64,000 bases of DNA, from positions 2,240,001-2,304,000 of the forward strand of contig CAVXXK010000001.1 of NCBI GenBank assembly GCA_963765675.1. The letters run 5' to 3'. Positions 38,687-59,449 of this stretch are shown one piece after another. The notes below the pieces were generated by a model. The model was not told where the DNA came from, searched no databases, and saw only the letters and a list, made by a program, of their open reading frames with translations. The stretch is from an uncultured delta proteobacterium. Lineage in GTDB: Bacteria > Desulfobacterota > Binatia > Binatales > Binataceae. The stretch's first letter is position 1; every line of letters starts with the position of its first letter. Made by a program: the position numbers and the translations under genes.

Positions 38687-39265
38687 ATGACTGAACCTCA
38701 GACCGACAGCGCCAAAGCAACTAGCCCCGACTCCAGGATGAAGTGGTACGTCGTACACACCTATTCGGGCTACGAGCAGAAAGCCAAAAAGGCGCTCGAG
38801 GAACGCGTGCGCTCGATGCACATGGAAGACAGGATCGGCGAGGTTCTGGTGCCGGTCGAGCGGGTGCAAGAGCTGGGCAAGGGCGGCCAGCGCAAGATCG
38901 CCTCGCGCAAGTTCTTTCCGGGCTACATCTTTGTGAACATGGTGCTCGACGACGAAACCTGGCACGTGATCAAGAACACGCCCAAGATCACGGGCTTTGT
39001 CGGACATAACACCGAGCCACCGGAAGTACCCGAGTCCGAAGCCCGCGGAATCAAGGAACAGATGGAGGAAGGGGCGCTCAGGCCCAAACCCAAGGTTCTG
39101 TTCGAAGTCGGCGAGGCGATCAAAGTAGTTGACGGACCGTTTCAGGACTTCAATGGCACCGTCGAGGAAGTGAAGCCCGAAAAAGGCAAGGTCCGGGTCC
39201 TGATCTCGATCTTCGGACGCGCGACTCCGGTGGAACTCGACTTTGTGCAGGTAGAGAAATCCTGA
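38687..39265 (+). CDS. nusG: Transcription termination/antitermination factor NusG
   Basis: WYVVHTYSGYE, FPGY, KOW domain, IFGRATPVEL. Confidence 0.97.
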   Translation: MTEPQTDSAKATSPDSRMKWYVVHTYSGYEQKAKKALEERVRSMHMEDRIGEVLVPVERVQELGKGGQRKIASRKFFPGYIFVNMVLDDETWHVIKNTPKITGFVGHNTEPPEVPESEARGIKEQMEEGALRPKPKVLFEVGEAIKVVDGPFQDFNGTVEEVKPEKGKVRVLISIFGRATPVELDFVQVEKS

Positions 39266-39352
39266 AGCATCATCAGCCTGACGATCGGCCGCGCGCGTGG
39301 ATTACGCACGCATCAGTCGAGGGCCGGTTGATTTCGATCCAGTGAGAGCCAA

Positions 39353-39778
39353 GTGGCAAAGAAAGTAGTCGGACAAGTAAAGCTGCAAATTCCCGCGGGC
39401 GCGGCTAATCCCTCGCCCCCGGTCGGACCCGCACTCGGACAGCGCGGCGTCAATATCATGGAGTTCTGCAAGGCGTTCAACGCGCAGACCCAGGCGATGG
39501 CCGGACTGGTGATTCCCGTGATCATCACGGTCTACGCCGATCGCTCGTTCACCTTCGTAACCAAGAGTCCGCCCGCCTCGATTCTTCTGCTCAAGGCGGC
39601 AGGAGTCGAGAAAGGCTCGCCGATGCCGAACAAGAACAAGGTCGGCAAAGTCACCCGCGCGCAGGTCGAAGAGATCGCCAAGACCAAGCTCAAGGATCTG
39701 ACGGCGGCTGACCTCGCGGCGGCGGTAAATACCGTATCCGGAACCGCGCGCTCGATGGGAATCGACGTGACCGACTGA
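39353..39778 (+). CDS. rplK: 50S ribosomal protein L11
   Basis: [11 protein letters not shown]; GTARSMG. Confidence 0.98.
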   Translation: MAKKVVGQVKLQIPAGAANPSPPVGPALGQRGVNIMEFCKAFNAQTQAMAGLVIPVIITVYADRSFTFVTKSPPASILLLKAAGVEKGSPMPNKNKVGKVTRAQVEEIAKTKLKDLTAADLAAAVNTVSGTARSMGIDVTD

Positions 39779-39820
39779 CGAGTCCGTCAACTTACGGCGG
39801 ACCACAAGGGATTATTCGCG

Positions 39821-40531
39821 ATGGCAGGAAAGAAATATCAGGCGGCGGCCAAGGAAATCGATCCGGAACGGCGCTATCCGCTCGAAGAGGCGATCAAGAT
39901 GGTCTCCGGACACAAAATCGCCAAGTTCGACGAGACGGTCGAAATTGCGGTGCGCCTCGGCGTCGATCCGCGCCAGGCGGATCAGAATGTCCGCGGCACG
40001 GTCGTACTTCCGCACGGCACCGGCAAAGTCGCGCGCGTTCTGGTGATCGCCAAGGGCGAGAAAGAGCGCGAGGCGCGCGAAGCGGGCGCTGACTTCGTCG
40101 GCAGCGACGAGATTATCAAGAAGATCCAGGAAGAGAACTGGCTCGATTTCGACCGAGTGATCGCAACTCCCGACATGATGGCGCAAGTCGGGCGGATCGG
40201 GAAAATCCTCGGTCCTCGCGGTCTGATGCCCAATCCTAAAGTCGGCACCGTCACCTTCGACGTGAGCAAGGCGGTTTCCGAGGTCAAGGCGGGCAAGGTC
40301 GATTACCGGGTCGACAAGGCCGGTGTCGTCCACGCGCGTATCGGCAAGCTGAGCTTCGGCGAGAAGAAGCTGCTCGACAACGCGCACGCCCTGATGTCTG
40401 CGATCGTGCGCTCCAAGCCGTCGAGCGCCAAGGGTAACTACGTCCGAAGCGTCGCGCTGTCATCGACGATGGGACCCGGGGTGCGGGTCGATATCGCGTC
40501 GGCGCAAAAGACCGAGGCGGCAGCAGCTTAA
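39821..40531 (+). CDS. rplA: 50S ribosomal protein L1
   Basis: [25 protein letters not shown]. Confidence 0.98.
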   Translation: MAGKKYQAAAKEIDPERRYPLEEAIKMVSGHKIAKFDETVEIAVRLGVDPRQADQNVRGTVVLPHGTGKVARVLVIAKGEKEREAREAGADFVGSDEIIKKIQEENWLDFDRVIATPDMMAQVGRIGKILGPRGLMPNPKVGTVTFDVSKAVSEVKAGKVDYRVDKAGVVHARIGKLSFGEKKLLDNAHALMSAIVRSKPSSAKGNYVRSVALSSTMGPGVRVDIASAQKTEAAAA

Positions 40532-40567
40532 GCTCGCGGCTTATTTATCAGGAACCTGAATCAGGCG

Positions 40568-41161
40568 ATGAGAAAAGAACAAAAGACCTCGGTAGTCAAA
40601 GACCTGCGCGATCGTTTCGGAAGCGCCAGTATCGCGCTGGTCTCTGAATATAAAGGAATGAACGCGGGCGAGACCGCAGAGATGCGCCGCAAGATCCGCG
40701 CGGTCCGCGGCGAGATGAAGGTCGCGAAGAACTCTCTGGTGCGCCGCGCGATCGAAGGGACCTCGTACGCGCCGCTGGGCGAAAAGCTCGGCGGGCCGGT
40801 CGGCCTTATCCTGACCGAGAGCGATCCGGTCGAGCTGGTCAAGACGATCGTCGGTTTCAAGGACCTGGGCGACAAGTTCAAGCTGCGCGGCGCCGTGATG
40901 GCCGGGCAGACGCTCACGGCTGAAGAGATCAACACGCTCGCGACGCTGCCGCCCAAGGAAGTCGTGATGGCGCAGCTACTGGGACTGCTCAATGCGCCCG
41001 CGACGCAACTGGTTAGATTGATCAATGAGCCGGGCTCGATGCTTGCCCGCGCGATCGACGCTATCGGAAAAAAGAACGGCGACGCGGCGCCTGCGGCCGC
41101 TCCGACAGCGCCGGCGGCAGCGGATACAACACCCGCGGCGCCTGCGGCGGCACAGGAATAA
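40568..41161 (+). CDS. rplJ: 50S ribosomal protein L10
   Basis: VAKNSL, LATLP; position in operon. Confidence 0.96.
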   Translation: MRKEQKTSVVKDLRDRFGSASIALVSEYKGMNAGETAEMRRKIRAVRGEMKVAKNSLVRRAIEGTSYAPLGEKLGGPVGLILTESDPVELVKTIVGFKDLGDKFKLRGAVMAGQTLTAEEINTLATLPPKEVVMAQLLGLLNAPATQLVRLINEPGSMLARAIDAIGKKNGDAAPAAAPTAPAAADTTPAAPAAAQE

Positions 41162-41280
41162 AGGCTCGGGATTTATTAGCCGGCATATGACCGGCGGAAG
41201 AATTCAGTTAGGAAATCAGGCTTTCGGGGCGCTCCCACATCCGTCCCCGCGCGCCACTTACTTAAGGAGAGAACGGAACA

Positions 41281-41670
41281 ATGTCAGAAGCACAACTCAG
41301 CCGCGATCAGGTGAAGGACTACCTGAAGAATCTTTCGCTGATCGAAGCGGCTGCTCTGGTGAAGGAACTCGAGACCGAACTCGGCGTATCCGCGGCCGCT
41401 CCGATGGCGGTGGCTGCGGCGCCGGCGGCTGCGGGCGCAGCGGCTCCAGCGGCAGAGAAGGACGAGTTCACGGTCGTGCTCACGGGATCGGGCGACAAGA
41501 AGATCCAGGTGATCAAGGTCGTGCGCGAAATCACGGGACTCGGCCTCAAGGAGGCCAAGGATCTGGTCGATGGCGCGCCCAAGCCGGTCAAGGAAGGCGT
41601 CACCAAGGCCGAAGCCGAAGATCTGAAAAAGAAGATTACCGAAGCTGGCGGTTCGGTGGAGCTCAAGTAG
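41281..41670 (+). CDS. rplL: 50S ribosomal protein L7/L12
   Basis: [23 protein letters not shown]. Confidence 0.98.
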   Translation: MSEAQLSRDQVKDYLKNLSLIEAAALVKELETELGVSAAAPMAVAAAPAAAGAAAPAAEKDEFTVVLTGSGDKKIQVIKVVREITGLGLKEAKDLVDGAPKPVKEGVTKAEAEDLKKKITEAGGSVELK

Positions 41671-41866
41671 GAGAGCCCTAGTTTTTGCACGACGACTACC
41701 GGATGGGAAATTCGCCGCTTGGGCGCGCTATTGGCGCGGCCTGGGCCTCGCGTGTTCTCCCGGTCAATTCGACGCTGCCGTGGACGCGGGGAATACCCGT
41801 GCGTTCACGGCTTTTAGCGCTGCACCGCGCGCGCGAATTTTCAGCGCACGCAAGGCGGGGTAGGTA

Positions 41867-45988
<4,122 letters not shown>

Positions 45989-46013
45989 CTGGCGCGATAA
46001 GGAGTAACGAAGG

Positions 46014-50267
<4,254 letters not shown>

Positions 50268-50300
50268 CACGCACGCGGACTGCGCGTACATACTTGTAGT

Positions 50301-50338
50301 TCCCCCAAGGGCTTGTCCCGCCCTTGGGGGGTTTGTTT
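50301..50338 (+). terminator. Probable intrinsic terminator after rpoC
   Basis: CCCCCAAGGGC-ttgtccc-GCCCTTGGGGG followed by TTTGTTT. Confidence 0.7.
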
Positions 50339-50515
50339 GAACTCACGCGTTTCCACCTCGACCGATACCCGGGGGACATCGCAAAAGCGGAAGGCCGCGC
50401 GGAATTGTCCGCGCACCTGGGGGAATAGAAGACGCGGAGTTGCCGATACGGAAGTCGTGCTTAAGTTACTCGATTGGACTAATGGACGAGAAGTTACGGA
50501 CGAACGGAATTTAAC

Positions 50516-50887
50516 GTGCCCTCGATAAACCAGTTGATCCGGCAAGCGCGCGTCAAGAAGCGCTTCAAAGTAAAAGCGCGCGCCCTCGAGGGCTCGCCCC
50601 AGAAACGCGGCGTATGCACCCAGGTGAAGACCACCACGCCCAAGAAGCCGAACTCCGCCTTGCGCAAAGTGGCGCGCGTGCGGCTGTCCAACGGAATCGA
50701 AGTTAATACTTATATTCCGGGTGTCGGCCACAATCTCCAGGAGCATTCGGTCGTGCTGATCCGCGGCGGCCGCGTGCGCGATCTGCCGGGTGTGCGCTAT
50801 CACGTGATCCGCGGCACCCTTGATTCGATCGGCGTGCAGGAACGGCGCAAGAGCCGCTCCAAGTACGGATCGAAGAAGCCGAAGTAA
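50516..50887 (+). CDS. rpsL: 30S ribosomal protein S12
   Basis: [18 protein letters not shown]. Confidence 0.98.
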   Translation: MPSINQLIRQARVKKRFKVKARALEGSPQKRGVCTQVKTTTPKKPNSALRKVARVRLSNGIEVNTYIPGVGHNLQEHSVVLIRGGRVRDLPGVRYHVIRGTLDSIGVQERRKSRSKYGSKKPK

Positions 50888-50892
50888 CCGCC

Positions 50893-51363
50893 ATGTCACG
50901 CAAAGGACAAGCTAAAGTCCGCGAGATCGCGGCTGACCCGAAGTTTCACGATCGCACGGTTGCGAAGTTTGTAAACGTGGTGATGGAACGCGGAAAGAAA
51001 TCCACCGCCGAGCGGATCCTTTACGGAGCGCTCGAGCTGGTTGCGGAACGCTCGAAGGAAGACGGGCTCGCGATGTTCAAAAAGGCGCTCGATAATGTGC
51101 GCCCCTCCGTCGAGGTGCGCTCACGGCGCGTCGGCGGCGCGAACTATCAGGTCCCGGTCGAGGTTCGTCCGGTCCGGCGTAATTCGCTTGCGATGCGCTG
51201 GCTGGTGACGGCGGCGCGCGCGCGCGGAGAGAAGTCGATGCGCGAGCGGCTGGCGGCGGAAATCCTCGAGGCCGCGCAAAACCGCGGTGGCGGCGTCAAG
51301 AAACGCGAAGACACTCACCGCATGGCCGACGCCAACAAGGCGTTTGCCCATTATCGCTGGTAA
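50893..51363 (+). CDS. rpsG: 30S ribosomal protein S7
   Basis: [22 protein letters not shown]. Confidence 0.98.
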   Translation: MSRKGQAKVREIAADPKFHDRTVAKFVNVVMERGKKSTAERILYGALELVAERSKEDGLAMFKKALDNVRPSVEVRSRRVGGANYQVPVEVRPVRRNSLAMRWLVTAARARGEKSMRERLAAEILEAAQNRGGGVKKREDTHRMADANKAFAHYRW

Positions 51364-51381
51364 ACAGTCGAGTTCTTATTC

Positions 51382-53478
51382 ATGGCTCGTACCACGCCAA
51401 TAGAACGGGTGCGCAATATCGGCATCATGGCCCACATCGATGCCGGCAAGACCACCACTACCGAACGGGTGCTGTACTACACCGGCATCAATTACAAGAT
51501 CGGCGAGGTGCATGAAGGCACCGCGACGATGGACTGGATGGTGCAAGAGCAGGAACGCGGCATCACGATCACGTCGGCGGCGACCACCTGCTTCTGGCGC
51601 GAGCATCATTTTAATATTATCGACACGCCGGGACACGTCGATTTCACGATCGAAGTCGAACGCAGCCTGCGCATCCTCGACGGCGCGGTCGCCGTGTTCT
51701 GCGCGGTCGGCGGCGTCGAGCCGCAGTCCGAGACCGTGTGGCGGCAGGCCGACAAGTATCGCGTTCCGCGGATCGCGTTTATCAATAAGATGGACCGCGT
51801 GGGCGCCGAGTTCGAGCGCGTCGTGCAGGAGATGCGCGACAAGCTCAAGGCGGTTCCGCTTCTGCTCCAGCTCCCGATCGGCGCCGAAGACAAGTTCACC
51901 GGCGTGATCGATCTGGTCGAGCAGCGCGCGCTTATCTGGGACGAAGATCGCCTGGGCGCCAACTACCGGGTCGAAGAGATTCCGGCCGCGCTGAAGGAAC
52001 AGGCGGCAGGTTATCGTGACAAGATGATCGAGACGCTCGCCGACCACGACGAGCATCTGATGGAGTTGTACCTGGAGGGCAAGGTGCCCGCGCCGGAACA
52101 GATCCGCGCCGCGATTCGCGCCGCAACCCTCAAGATGGCGGTGACGCCGGTGCTGCTCGGCTCCGCGTTTCGCAACAAGGGCGTGCAGCCGATGCTCGAC
52201 GCGGTGGTGGACTATCTGCCGTCTCCGCTCGATCTGCCTCCGGTGGTCGGCAACGTTGACGGCAAGCTGGAAGAGCGATGGCCGCGCGACGACGCGCCGT
52301 TTTCGGCGTTGGCTTTCAAGATCATGACCGATCCTTATATCGGCACCCTGACCTTCGTCCGGGTTTACTCGGGCAAGCTCGAAAGCGGCTCGTCGGTTCT
52401 GAATTCGACCCGCGGCAAGCGCGAGCGGATCGGACGCCTGGTGCGGATGCACGCGAACAAGCAGGAAGCGATCTCCGAAGTCTTCGCCGGCGATATCTGC
52501 GCGATCGGTCTGCGCGACACGACCACTGGCGATACGCTATGCGATCCGGCGGCGCCGATTATCCTCGAATCGATCGAGTTTCCCGATCCGGTTATCCAGA
52601 TCGCGATCGAGCCCAAGACCAAGGCCGATCAGGAGAAGCTAGGTGAGGCGCTGCAGAAGCTCGCCAAAGAAGATCCGTCGTTCCGCGTGTCGGTGAACAA
52701 GGAGACCTCGCAGACGCTGATCGCCGGGATGGGCGAGTTACATCTCGAGATTATCGTCGATCGGCTGTTGCGCGAGTTCAAGGTTGACGCCAACGTCGGC
52801 AAGCCGCAGGTCGCCTACCGCGAAACGATTCGCAAGGCGTCCGAGGCCGAGGGCAGATTCGTGCGCCAGACCGGAGGCCACGGCCAGTTCGGCGTGGTCG
52901 AGCTGCGGATCGAGCCGATGGAAAAAGGCGGTGGCTTCGAATTCGTCGACGGCACCAAGGGTGACGCGATTCCGCGCAACTTTATCAAGCCGATCGAAAA
53001 CGGGATCAAAGAGGCGATGGATAACGGCGTCTTGGCCGGCTATCCGATGGTCGATCTGCGCGCGACGCTGCTCGACGGCAAGTCGCACGACGTCGATTCG
53101 TCCGAATTGGCGTTCAAAATCGCGGGCTCGATTGCGTTCAAGGAAGCTTGTGAAAAGGCCGACGCCGTGCTGCTCGAGCCGGTGATGGACGTCGAAGTGG
53201 TGACGCCGCAGGAGTTCATGGGCGAAGTTATCGGCGATCTGAACTCGCGCCGCGGCAAGATTCTGGATATGGAAAGCCGCGCGGGCGCGCAGGTGATCGA
53301 GGCACGAGTGCCGCTGGCCACCATGTTCGGCTATGCGACGCGGCTGCGCTCGATTACCCAGGGCCGCGCAAATTACACGATGCAGTTCGGCGCGTACGAA
53401 CAGGTACCGCAGAATATTTTTCAGGAACTGATGGCGCGCAACGCCGACGGCGATCAGCCGTCGCGGGCGCGCGCCTAG
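51382..53478 (+). CDS. fusA: Elongation factor G
   Basis: [23 protein letters not shown]. Confidence 0.99.
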   Translation: MARTTPIERVRNIGIMAHIDAGKTTTTERVLYYTGINYKIGEVHEGTATMDWMVQEQERGITITSAATTCFWREHHFNIIDTPGHVDFTIEVERSLRILDGAVAVFCAVGGVEPQSETVWRQADKYRVPRIAFINKMDRVGAEFERVVQEMRDKLKAVPLLLQLPIGAEDKFTGVIDLVEQRALIWDEDRLGANYRVEEIPAALKEQAAGYRDKMIETLADHDEHLMELYLEGKVPAPEQIRAAIRAATLKMAVTPVLLGSAFRNKGVQPMLDAVVDYLPSPLDLPPVVGNVDGKLEERWPRDDAPFSALAFKIMTDPYIGTLTFVRVYSGKLESGSSVLNSTRGKRERIGRLVRMHANKQEAISEVFAGDICAIGLRDTTTGDTLCDPAAPIILESIEFPDPVIQIAIEPKTKADQEKLGEALQKLAKEDPSFRVSVNKETSQTLIAGMGELHLEIIVDRLLREFKVDANVGKPQVAYRETIRKASEAEGRFVRQTGGHGQFGVVELRIEPMEKGGGFEFVDGTKGDAIPRNFIKPIENGIKEAMDNGVLAGYPMVDLRATLLDGKSHDVDSSELAFKIAGSIAFKEACEKADAVLLEPVMDVEVVTPQEFMGEVIGDLNSRRGKILDMESRAGAQVIEARVPLATMFGYATRLRSITQGRANYTMQFGAYEQVPQNIFQELMARNADGDQPSRARA

Positions 53479-53506
53479 GACCAGGGCAGAACCCGGGAGA
53501 AATACG

Positions 53507-54706
53507 ATGGGCAAGGCTAAATTCGAACGTACAAAGCCGCATGCGAACGTTGGCACGATCGGCCATATCGATCACGGCAAGACCACGTTGACAGCGGCGA
53601 TCACCAAGGTGCTGGCGTCAAAGAAGCTCGCCCAGTTCACCGCGTTCGATCAGATCGACAAGGCGCCCGAAGAGCGTGAACGCGGAATCACGATCGCGAT
53701 CGCGCACGTCGAGTACGAAACCGCCAAGCGCCACTACGCGCACGTCGATTGCCCGGGCCACGCCGACTACATCAAGAACATGATCACCGGCGCCGCGCAG
53801 ATGGACGGCGCGATCCTGGTGGTCGGCGCCAACGACGGCCCGATGCCGCAGACGCGCGAGCATATCCTGCTCGCCTACCAGGTCGGCGTTCCCGCGATCG
53901 TGGTGTTCATGAACAAGGTCGACATGGTCGACGATCCCGAGCTGCTCGATCTGGTCGAGCTCGAAGTCCGCGACCTGCTGAAGAAGCAGAACTATCCGGG
54001 CGACGACGTTCCCGTTATTCGCGGCAGCGCGATCAAGGCGCTCAATTGCGGATGCGGCAAAGACGATTGCCCCAATTGCAAGCCGATCCTCGATCTCATG
54101 GATGCGATCGACAACTATATTCCGCAGCCCAAGCGCGAGACGGACAAGCCGTTCCTGATGCCGATCGAAGACGTGTTCTCGATCTCGGGCCGCGGCACCG
54201 TCGTCACCGGCAGGGTCGAGAAGGGCAAGGTGAAGGTCGGCGAAGAAATCGAGATCGTCGGCTTCAAGGACACGACCAAGACGGTCGTGACCGGCGTCGA
54301 GATGTTCCGCAAGCTCTTGGACGAAGGGCAGGCCGGCGACAATATCGGCGTGCTGCTGCGCGGCGTCAAGCGCGAAGATATCGAGCGCGGACAGGTGCTC
54401 GCGAAGCCCGGCTCGATCACGCCGCATACCCAGTTCGAGGGCTCGGCGTATATCCTGACCAAGGACGAAGGCGGACGGCATACGCCGTTCTTCTCCGGCT
54501 ATCGCCCGCAGTTCTACTTCCGCACCACCGACGTGACGGGAGTGCTGACGCTGCCCGAAGGCACCGAGATGGTAATGCCGGGCGACAATATCAAGATACT
54601 GGGCGAACTGATCACGCCGGTCGCGATGGACGAGGGGCTGCGCTTCGCTATCCGCGAGGGCGGCCGCACCGTCGGCGCGGGTGTGGTCTCCAAGATACTC
54701 AAGTAG
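53507..54706 (+). CDS. tuf: Elongation factor Tu
   Basis: [25 protein letters not shown]. Confidence 0.99.
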   Translation: MGKAKFERTKPHANVGTIGHIDHGKTTLTAAITKVLASKKLAQFTAFDQIDKAPEERERGITIAIAHVEYETAKRHYAHVDCPGHADYIKNMITGAAQMDGAILVVGANDGPMPQTREHILLAYQVGVPAIVVFMNKVDMVDDPELLDLVELEVRDLLKKQNYPGDDVPVIRGSAIKALNCGCGKDDCPNCKPILDLMDAIDNYIPQPKRETDKPFLMPIEDVFSISGRGTVVTGRVEKGKVKVGEEIEIVGFKDTTKTVVTGVEMFRKLLDEGQAGDNIGVLLRGVKREDIERGQVLAKPGSITPHTQFEGSAYILTKDEGGRHTPFFSGYRPQFYFRTTDVTGVLTLPEGTEMVMPGDNIKILGELITPVAMDEGLRFAIREGGRTVGAGVVSKILK

Positions 54707-54813
54707 CAATTGCCTCACGCGGGCAAGAGCGAATGAACTACGTGCGGCGGCAGGTTTACCGGGATTTACAGAGGATACAACTGAGCGCTTGAGAATCGGG
54801 CGCGGTTTCCAGG

Positions 54814-55122
54814 ATGAACGACAAGATACGCATACGTCTTAAGGCGTACGACTACCGCCTGCTCGATCAGTCGGTCCGCGAGATCGTCGATACTATCCGC
54901 CGCACCGGCGGAAGGGTCGCCGGCCCGATCCCGCTGCCGACCCGGATAGAGCGCTTCACCGTCAACCGATCTCCGCACGTTGACAAGAAGTCGCGCGAAC
55001 ATTTCGAGATCCGCACGCATAAGCGGCTGCTCGACGTGCTCGAACCGACCCAGCAAACCATCGACGCGCTCGGCAAGCTCGACCTGGCCGCCGGCGTGGA
55101 CGTTGAGATCAAGCTCGAGTAG
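54814..55122 (+). CDS. rpsJ: 30S ribosomal protein S10
   Basis: [16 protein letters not shown]. Confidence 0.98.
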   Translation: MNDKIRIRLKAYDYRLLDQSVREIVDTIRRTGGRVAGPIPLPTRIERFTVNRSPHVDKKSREHFEIRTHKRLLDVLEPTQQTIDALGKLDLAAGVDVEIKLE

Positions 55123-55127
55123 CGGCG

Positions 55128-55802
55128 ATGCTTACCGGACTGATTGGAAAGAAACTCGGGATGACGCAGGTGGCCGACGCGCAGGGACGCGTGCGCGCCG
55201 TGACCGTCGTCCAGCTCGGACCGTGCACCGTGTCGCAGCTCAAGACCAAGCCGACTGACGGCTACGAAGCCGTGCAGGTGACGTGGGGCAAGAAAAAACT
55301 CTCGCGAGTGAACAGCGCGCTGCGCGGCCATTTCAAGGCCGCCGCTATCGCGCCGGGCGTGCGCACCGTCGAGTTCGAGCGCCGCGGCGAGGGCGAGATC
55401 AAGCTCGGACAGGCGATCAGCGCGGGCGAGGTGTTCAAGCCAGGCGACCAGGTTGACGTCGAGGGCGTCTCCAAGGGACGCGGCTACGCGGGCGTTATCC
55501 GGCGGCATCACTTTTCCGGATTCCCCGGCTCGCACGGTACTCACGAGTATTTCCGCCACGGCGGATCGATCGGTAACCGTTCTTATCCGGGACGCGTGCG
55601 CAAGGGACTTCGGATGGCGGGGCAGCTCGGCAACGAAACCGCGACCGTGCTCAATCTCGAAGTGGTCGAGATCCTGCCCGAGGAAAACGCGATCGTAATT
55701 ACCGGCGCGCTGCCGGGTCCCGACGGCGCAGTCGTGATCGTTGAGCACGCGGCGCGTCCGCGGCGACGTGCGAATGCGAATGTGGTGGCGGCCAATGGCT
55801 GA
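55128..55802 (+). CDS. rplC: 50S ribosomal protein L3
   Basis: [20 protein letters not shown]. Confidence 0.97.
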   Translation: MLTGLIGKKLGMTQVADAQGRVRAVTVVQLGPCTVSQLKTKPTDGYEAVQVTWGKKKLSRVNSALRGHFKAAAIAPGVRTVEFERRGEGEIKLGQAISAGEVFKPGDQVDVEGVSKGRGYAGVIRRHHFSGFPGSHGTHEYFRHGGSIGNRSYPGRVRKGLRMAGQLGNETATVLNLEVVEILPEENAIVITGALPGPDGAVVIVEHAARPRRRANANVVAANG

Positions 55803-56496
55803 GCGGCGTGCAAAACATAATCCGGTGAAACTGCCGCTCTACTCGGCGGCGCAGGAACGCTCAGGCGAGGTCGAATTCGCAGGCGCGGTTTTCGGTCGCG
55901 AGGGCGATAATTCCGTGGTCCACGAAGCGGTACAGATGCAGCTGGCCAAGCGGCGTTCGGGGACCGCGTCGACCAAGACGCGCGGGCTTATCTCGGGCGG
56001 CGGACGCAAGCCGTGGCGCCAGAAAGGCACCGGCCGCGCACGCTCGGGATCGACTCGCTCGCCGATATGGCGCAGTGGCGGCACGATCTTTGGTCCCGTT
56101 CCGCGCGATTATTCTTACAAGATGCCCAAGAAGGCGTGGCGGCGTGCGCTTTGTCTGGCGCTGTCGGATCGCGCGCGCGAGGGCAAGGTTTTTATCGTCG
56201 AATCGTTTGAGCTCGCCGAAGCCAAGACCAAAAACGCCAAAGCGTTTCTGGAAAAGCTCGGAGTGAAGCACGCGCTGATCGTGATTGGCGAAGCCGACGC
56301 GGCCTTCTACCGCGCGGCGCGCAATCTCGCGGCGCACAAGATTCTCGCGGCAGTCGGGCTCAATGTTTTCGACTTACTGAATTACGATGAATTGGTGATG
56401 ACCGAGGCGACCGCCCGCGCGATCGAGACGCGTCTGGCGGCAGATACTTCGCGCCAGGACGCTGAAGCGAAGCAGTCAGAAGGTGACGCGCGATGA
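55795..56496 (+). CDS. rplD: 50S ribosomal protein L4
   Basis: [15 protein letters not shown]. Confidence 0.97.
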   Translation: MAERRAKHNPVKLPLYSAAQERSGEVEFAGAVFGREGDNSVVHEAVQMQLAKRRSGTASTKTRGLISGGGRKPWRQKGTGRARSGSTRSPIWRSGGTIFGPVPRDYSYKMPKKAWRRALCLALSDRAREGKVFIVESFELAEAKTKNAKAFLEKLGVKHALIVIGEADAAFYRAARNLAAHKILAAVGLNVFDLLNYDELVMTEATARAIETRLAADTSRQDAEAKQSEGDAR

Positions 56497-56780
56497 ACCT
56501 CGAGCAAATCGTGATGGCGCCGCTCATCACCGAAAAAGGCACTTTCGTCGGCGAGAAGAGCAACCAGGTTGTGTTTCGGGTCCGTCTCGACGCGAGCAAG
56601 GATGTGATTCGCGAAGCGGTCGAGCAGCTATTCAAGGTTACGGTGCTGAAGGTCAGGACGATCAAGCTGATGGGCAAGAACCGGCGGCGCGGCGCGATCA
56701 AGGGGCGCCGTTCGGATTGGAAAAAAGCTTACGTGACGCTCAAGGAAGGCGATCGGATCGAGTTCTTTGAAGGGGTTTAG
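56493..56780 (+). CDS. rplW: 50S ribosomal protein L23
   Basis: PLITEK, WKKAYVTL. Confidence 0.97.
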   Translation: MNLEQIVMAPLITEKGTFVGEKSNQVVFRVRLDASKDVIREAVEQLFKVTVLKVRTIKLMGKNRRRGAIKGRRSDWKKAYVTLKEGDRIEFFEGV

Positions 56781-56795
56781 AGAAGCGATACGAAC

Positions 56796-57629
56796 ATGGC
56801 AGTAATCCAGCTAAATCCGCGCACACCCGGCCAGCGCTTCATGCAGATTGCCGATTTCTCGGAGCTTACGAAAAAAGAGCCCGAGAAAAATCTGCTCGAG
56901 CCGGTCAAGCGCACGGGCGGACGCAATAATCGTGGCCGGATGACTTCGCGTCATCGCGGCGGCGGCCACAAGCGGCGCCTGCGCCTGATCGACTTCAAGC
57001 GCACGCATGATGGCGTGCCGGCGGTCGTAGCTTCGCTCGAGTACGATCCGAATCGCTCGGCCAATATCGCGCTGCTCCATTATGCCGACGGCACCAAGGC
57101 CTACATCCTGGCGCCCGACGGACTCAAAGTGGGCGCGAAGGTCGAGTCGGGCGAGAACGCCGATATCAAGCCGGGCAACGCGCTGAAGCTTAAGAATATT
57201 CCGCTCGGCACGATTATCCACGCGGTCGAGCTCAAGCCCGGCGCGGGCGCGCAGCTCGTACGCGGCGCCGGAGTATCGGCTCAGTTGATGGCCAAGGAAG
57301 GCAAGTTCGCGTTGCTCAAGCTCCCTTCGGGCGAGCAGCGGATGGTGCAGGCGGAATGCCGCGCCAGTATCGGACAGGTCGGCAATCTCGACCACGAAAA
57401 TATTTCGATCGGCAAGGCCGGGCGCTCGAGGTGGCTCGGCAAGCGTGGACACGTCCGCGGAGTTGCGATGAATCCGGTTGATCATCCGCACGGCGGCGGC
57501 GAAGGCCGCTCCAAGGGGAATCATCCCCAGTCGCCGTGGGGACAGCCGGCCAAGGGTTACAAGACGCGTAAAAAGAAGCCGTCGGACCGGTATATCGTAA
57601 GCCGCCGGCCGCGCGGGAAGCATTCTTAA
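56796..57629 (+). CDS. rplB: 50S ribosomal protein L2
   Basis: [25 protein letters not shown]. Confidence 0.98.
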   Translation: MAVIQLNPRTPGQRFMQIADFSELTKKEPEKNLLEPVKRTGGRNNRGRMTSRHRGGGHKRRLRLIDFKRTHDGVPAVVASLEYDPNRSANIALLHYADGTKAYILAPDGLKVGAKVESGENADIKPGNALKLKNIPLGTIIHAVELKPGAGAQLVRGAGVSAQLMAKEGKFALLKLPSGEQRMVQAECRASIGQVGNLDHENISIGKAGRSRWLGKRGHVRGVAMNPVDHPHGGGEGRSKGNHPQSPWGQPAKGYKTRKKKPSDRYIVSRRPRGKHS

Positions 57630-57632
57630 GCC

Positions 57633-57962
57633 ATGGCACGATCAGTAAAGAAGGGCCCGTTTATCGACGGGCATCTGAAAAAAAAGGCTGAAGCGGCCGC
57701 CGCGGCAGGTGACAAGCGGATTATCCGCACCTGGTCGCGCCGGTCGATGATCCTGCCCGAGATGGTGGGGCTAACGTTCGCGGTGCATAACGGCCACAAG
57801 TTCATTCCGGTGTACTGCACGGAGAACATGGTCGGGCACAAGCTTGGAGAATTTTCGGGCACGCGGACTTTTCACGGCCATGCGGGCGACCGCAAGGGCG
57901 AAGTCAAGCAATCGGCCGCGCCTGCGGCGCCGCCGCCCACTGCCGCGAAGGCGGGCGCGTAG
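57633..57962 (+). CDS. rpsS: 30S ribosomal protein S19
   Basis: [21 protein letters not shown]. Confidence 0.98.
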   Translation: MARSVKKGPFIDGHLKKKAEAAAAAGDKRIIRTWSRRSMILPEMVGLTFAVHNGHKFIPVYCTENMVGHKLGEFSGTRTFHGHAGDRKGEVKQSAAPAAPPPTAAKAGA

Positions 57963-57993
57963 GGCGCGCGCCAAACAGAGACGAGTTGCAATC

Positions 57994-58332
57994 ATGGAAG
58001 CGTTATCGCGTCATCGGTACATCAGAATTTCGCCGCGCAAGCTGAAGCTGGTGTGCGATCTGGTCGTCGGCAAGCCTGTGGGACAGGCGCTGTCGATTCT
58101 CGAATTCACGCCCAAGAAGGGCGCGAAGTTCGTATCGAAGACGCTTCTGTCGGCCGTCGCCAATGCGCGTGACCAGCAGAACGTGGACGAGGACAAGCTG
58201 TTCGTAAAGCGCGCGACTGCCGAAACCGGACCGACTTTGAAGCGCTCGCTGCCGCGCGCGCACATGCATGCAACGCCGATTCTCAAGCGCACCAGCCATC
58301 TGACCGTGATCGTGGACGAGCGCGCTATCTGA
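57994..58332 (+). CDS. rplV: 50S ribosomal protein L22
   Basis: ISPRK, SAVANA, KRTSHLTV. Confidence 0.96.
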   Translation: MEALSRHRYIRISPRKLKLVCDLVVGKPVGQALSILEFTPKKGAKFVSKTLLSAVANARDQQNVDEDKLFVKRATAETGPTLKRSLPRAHMHATPILKRTSHLTVIVDERAI

Positions 58333-58341
58333 GGACTATCG

Positions 58342-59019
58342 ATGGGCCAGAAATCACATCCGCGCGGGCTTAGGCTCGGAATTATCGAGGGCTGGGACTC
58401 GCGCTGGTTTTCGAGTCACGACTACACCGCGCTGCTCCACGAAGACATCAAGCTGCGCGAGTTTATCAAGCGCCGCCTCTACCACGCGGGAATCTCGAAG
58501 ATCGAGATCGAGCGGATGGCCAACAAGGCCAAGGTGAATATCTATACCGCGCGTCCGGGAATCGTGATCGGGAAAAAGGGCGTCGAGATCGACAAGCTCA
58601 AGGCGGATATCGCCAAGCTGATGAAGGGCAAGGACACCTTTATCAATATCCACGAAGTCCGCCGCCCCGATCTCGATCCGCAACTGGTCGCCGAGAATAT
58701 CGCGCTCCAGCTCGAGCGCCGGGTCGCGTTTCGCCGCGCGATGAAAGAAGCGGTTACGCGCGCGATGCGGATGGGCGCGCAGGGAGTCAAAGTTCACGTT
58801 GCCGGACGCCTGGGCGGTGCGGAAATCGCGCGCCAGGAATGGTACCGCGAGGGCCGCGTGCCGCTTCAGACGCTGCGCGCCGACGTCGCTTACGGATTTG
58901 CCGAAGCGCGCACGACCTACGGAGTGATCGGAGTCAAAGTCTGGATCTTCCGCGGCGAAATCCTGACCCGCCAGGAAGAAGAAGCCAAACGCACCGGACA
59001 GGCCGCGCAGCAGCAGTAG
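58342..59019 (+). CDS. rpsC: 30S ribosomal protein S3
   Basis: [31 protein letters not shown]. Confidence 0.98.
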   Translation: MGQKSHPRGLRLGIIEGWDSRWFSSHDYTALLHEDIKLREFIKRRLYHAGISKIEIERMANKAKVNIYTARPGIVIGKKGVEIDKLKADIAKLMKGKDTFINIHEVRRPDLDPQLVAENIALQLERRVAFRRAMKEAVTRAMRMGAQGVKVHVAGRLGGAEIARQEWYREGRVPLQTLRADVAYGFAEARTTYGVIGVKVWIFRGEILTRQEEEAKRTGQAAQQQ

Positions 59020-59023
59020 CACC

Positions 59024-59449
59024 ATGCTCTCACCCAAAAAAGTAAAATGGCGCAAGATGCAGAAGGGCCGCGTGCGCGGCGCTGAATCGCGCGGGCTCGA
59101 ACTGGCGTTCGGCGACTACGGCCTGAAGGCCACTGAGACGGCGCGCGTCGATGCGCGCGCGCTCGAAGCGGCTCGTATCGCGCTGACCCGGCATATCAAA
59201 CGCGGTGGCCGCGTATGGATTCGCGTGTTCCCGGACAAGCCCTTTACCAAGAAGCCTGCGGAAACCCGGATGGGCAAGGGCAAGGGCGGACCCGAGGGAT
59301 GGACCGCGGTGGTGCGGCCCGGACGGATCCTGTTCGAGATGGAAGGTGTGGACCGGCCGACCGCGCGCGAGGCGATGCGTCTCGCGGCGCACAAGCTGCC
59401 GATCAAGACGATCGTCGTGGAACGCGAGGAGGGCGGCCTTGGAGCTTGA
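59024..59449 (+). CDS. rplP: 50S ribosomal protein L16
   Basis: [16 protein letters not shown]. Confidence 0.98.
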   Translation: MLSPKKVKWRKMQKGRVRGAESRGLELAFGDYGLKATETARVDARALEAARIALTRHIKRGGRVWIRVFPDKPFTKKPAETRMGKGKGGPEGWTAVVRPGRILFEMEGVDRPTAREAMRLAAHKLPIKTIVVEREEGGLGA

